Source: a virus
Taxonomy: Duplodnaviria; Caudoviricetes
Reading direction: 5' to 3' (one strand)
IMG/VR virus record: IMGVR_UViG_3300028883_000009
Coordinates: 1-59,807 of that record
DNA length: 59,807 bases
Part shown: in pieces, positions 57,760-59,807 of the stretch
Position numbering within the stretch: position 1 is the first letter of the stretch
How the letters are laid out: every line of letters starts with the position of its first letter
The notes under the pieces: model-generated
What the model was told of the DNA's origin: nothing
What the model saw: only the letters and a program-made list of their open reading frames with translations
Database searches by the model: none
Made by a program: the position numbers and the translations under genes

Positions 57760-58008
57760 CTATACGTTGTTGCTTCTTCCTTTACACGTTGGTAAAGAAT
57801 CTTCTTTCCAAAGATTCCATCCCTTGCTTTTTTTGCCGCAGTTGGCACACACATAAGATGCCGAGTAATAATCCCCGTTCCTATAAATCCAATGGTGCCT
57901 TATCCCCGTTTCTTCCTCTGGTTTGTACCACGGCGAAAATTCATCCCTTATAACGGGTGGGTCTTGTGCCGTCTGCCAAACCCTAAATGCTTTCTCATAT
58001 GGTGTCAT
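57760..58008 (-). CDS. Small zinc-ribbon protein downstream of the portal
   Basis: CANC...C; overlaps the portal stop. Confidence 0.55.
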   Translation of the reverse strand: MTPYEKAFRVWQTAQDPPVIRDEFSPWYKPEEETGIRHHWIYRNGDYYSASYVCANCGKKSKGWNLWKEDSLPTCKGRSNNV

Positions 58009-59680
58009 ACGTTGTTGCTCTTTAATCCCCGCTCGTTGTAGCCGGGTTTGTTCTCTGAAATCTTCGTGATTGCCTCATCGTGCCGTTTCTTTATATCGTT
58101 TACAAGTTGCGCCCTCTCAATCTTCAGCTTTTCTTCGTCAAATCCAACACCGGCAATCTTCACCTGCTGTTCAAGTCGCTCTGTGGCAATCTGCTCTAAC
58201 GTCAATGCCTTCTTCGCCTGTATTTCCTCAATCTCTGCCTGTACTTTCTGCGCTTCTACCGTGGTCTTGGATGCCTTGGCGTTCTTCTCGTTGACTTCCG
58301 CTTCCTTTACCTTCGCCTCTGCCTGCGCCTCGATGGTCTTCGGGTCGGGCTTGCCTTGCATCTGCATAAGTATCTGCTGAAAGTTGGGTAACTGCCCCTT
58401 CATCTTCAACTGCTGCATAATCTTCGGGTCAAGTTGAGAAACCTTCTGCATGAACTGAATAATCGGTTTAGGCACACCACATTCGCCCAGTTTCTTGAAC
58501 AAATCGCCAAACACACCTTTCTGCATCTTCTTGACGATTTCTTTGCGCCCGTCAAATTCAAGAGCGTCAAGCAAAATCTCCGTTGCGGTAGGGGAACCGG
58601 GAGCACCGAAAGCCCTCATCTTGAACAGACTTATTGATTCTTCCCGTTGCTGTACCTTGGAAACAGGTAGGGTAGACCCTGAAACAACGGTCAACTTACA
58701 CGGTACGATTAAATCTTCACCCCTGATACCGACCTGCTTCGTTTCCCCGTCTTTCTCCATCGGGATTTGCCGCTTCTCCGTGTACCAGTTCTGTGCAAGC
58801 GACACGTACATACGCCCTGTTTCACGTATCAAACGGTAGTAATTGCGAATCTTGCCACGCATCATACGGGCAACCTGCTCGATTAAAGCGGCAATGGCTT
58901 TGTAGGCAAGTTTGTCACTACCGGCAACCTGTGCGTTTTCTAACTCAAATGAACCGCTTACTAAGAAGAATAGACCCTTTATCAACTCGGCAAGACCGAC
59001 CAGATCATCAGGAAGCACCCTCGGCTGGTCTAAAAACTTAATCGCCTGCGCTTCAAAACTATTAGTCGGGTTGATAATGCCGACCTGATTGGTGAACTGG
59101 CTGTTATCCACCCCGCTTGTCAGGGGATTGACCAGTTTCGTCCTTACTGCCTTGTCCCTTACGGCAAGCATCCTTGAAAGGGTCTTGTCATACTCGATAT
59201 TCAACCGTTCAAGCTGCTCTAAATCACTCATGCCCCACGGGTCGGACGTGTCACGCACGGAAACTTCACGGATAAACGGGAACTTGTCAAACAGATACGT
59301 TTCTTTCTGCTTCTCAAACGGCAGAACGGGGTTGATTGACGGGTTCGGCTTGTCCTTCAAGACAAGACCACCGGCGTTGCACACGATTACACGCCTGATA
59401 TGACCGGGATATTTCGGACGGGTGACTTCCACTTCTTCCATGACAGCCATCCCCGTTTCGGGGTCAACCGCCTGCTGCCCGACCATCTCCGTTATCTTGG
59501 TGCGGTCTTTTACCCACGCCTCGCAAATAAGAACTTCCTGGGAATCACCAGAAATACCGGCTGAATTGCTGTTTAGCAGCGTCTTTACCGTGCTGCCAAA
59601 CGATGTCATTATGCCCTTCAGTCCCTTCTGCTGCTGCCCACCTGCCATTTCACGGCGTTCATCACCCAGTTCCTTCAGAA
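58005..59680 (-). CDS. Portal protein (P22-like), C-terminal part
   Basis: Large ORF between terminase and scaffold/capsid; PFxxxxxxxxxxxxWGxSD-type portal segment; Gln/Glu-rich coiled-coil C-terminal barrel. Confidence 0.85.
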
Positions 59681-59807
59681 GTTCCTGGTCTGCTTGTATT
59701 TTGTCGGCAAAGTCAGGCCATGTGGTTCTCGCCTCCCGTAACGGCATGGGGTAGAAATGCAGGTTAACTTCCGCATCCTGTACGTCATGCACATTGACAG
59801 GCCATGT
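59681..59807. repeat. Second copy of the terminal overlap (=1-127)
   Basis: Identical to 1-127. Confidence 0.97.

Noticed and set aside
2631-59680. Stop-codon reassignment
   Set aside because: Core genes are full length in the standard code, and TAA, TAG and TGA all end genes.

Overview
The window is a complete circular temperate phage genome of about 59,680 bp. Bases 59681-59807 duplicate 1-127, an assembly overlap that splits the portal gene. The minus strand carries a podovirus-type (P22-like) virion module: terminase, portal, scaffold, major capsid, adaptors, tail nozzle, ejection proteins including a 3,017-aa polyvalent protein, an S74-chaperone tail fibre and lysis genes. It also carries a replication block (DnaB, an initiator with internal iterons, resolvase, Rnl2-type RNA ligase). 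The plus strand carries the repressor, recombination genes, a tyrosine integrase with an attP that reproduces the 3' part of tRNA-Leu(CAG), and arrays of small accessory genes. The most unusual signals are: (1) five virion-module proteins, including the tail fibre, start with Sec-type signal peptides; (2) accessory genes flanking the integrase are joined by a recurring TAACC/GCCC-hairpin/RBS junction motif, like a cassette array; (3) domains in the giant protein are bounded by exact DNA repeats; (4) a stand-alone NrdD glycyl-radical domain; (5) a phosphoesterase that appears to start at AUU; (6) a plant SUPERMAN-like C2H2 finger; (7) an integrase-arm-like/HNH fusion next to attP. All functional calls come from motifs recognised by eye; no database searches were run.
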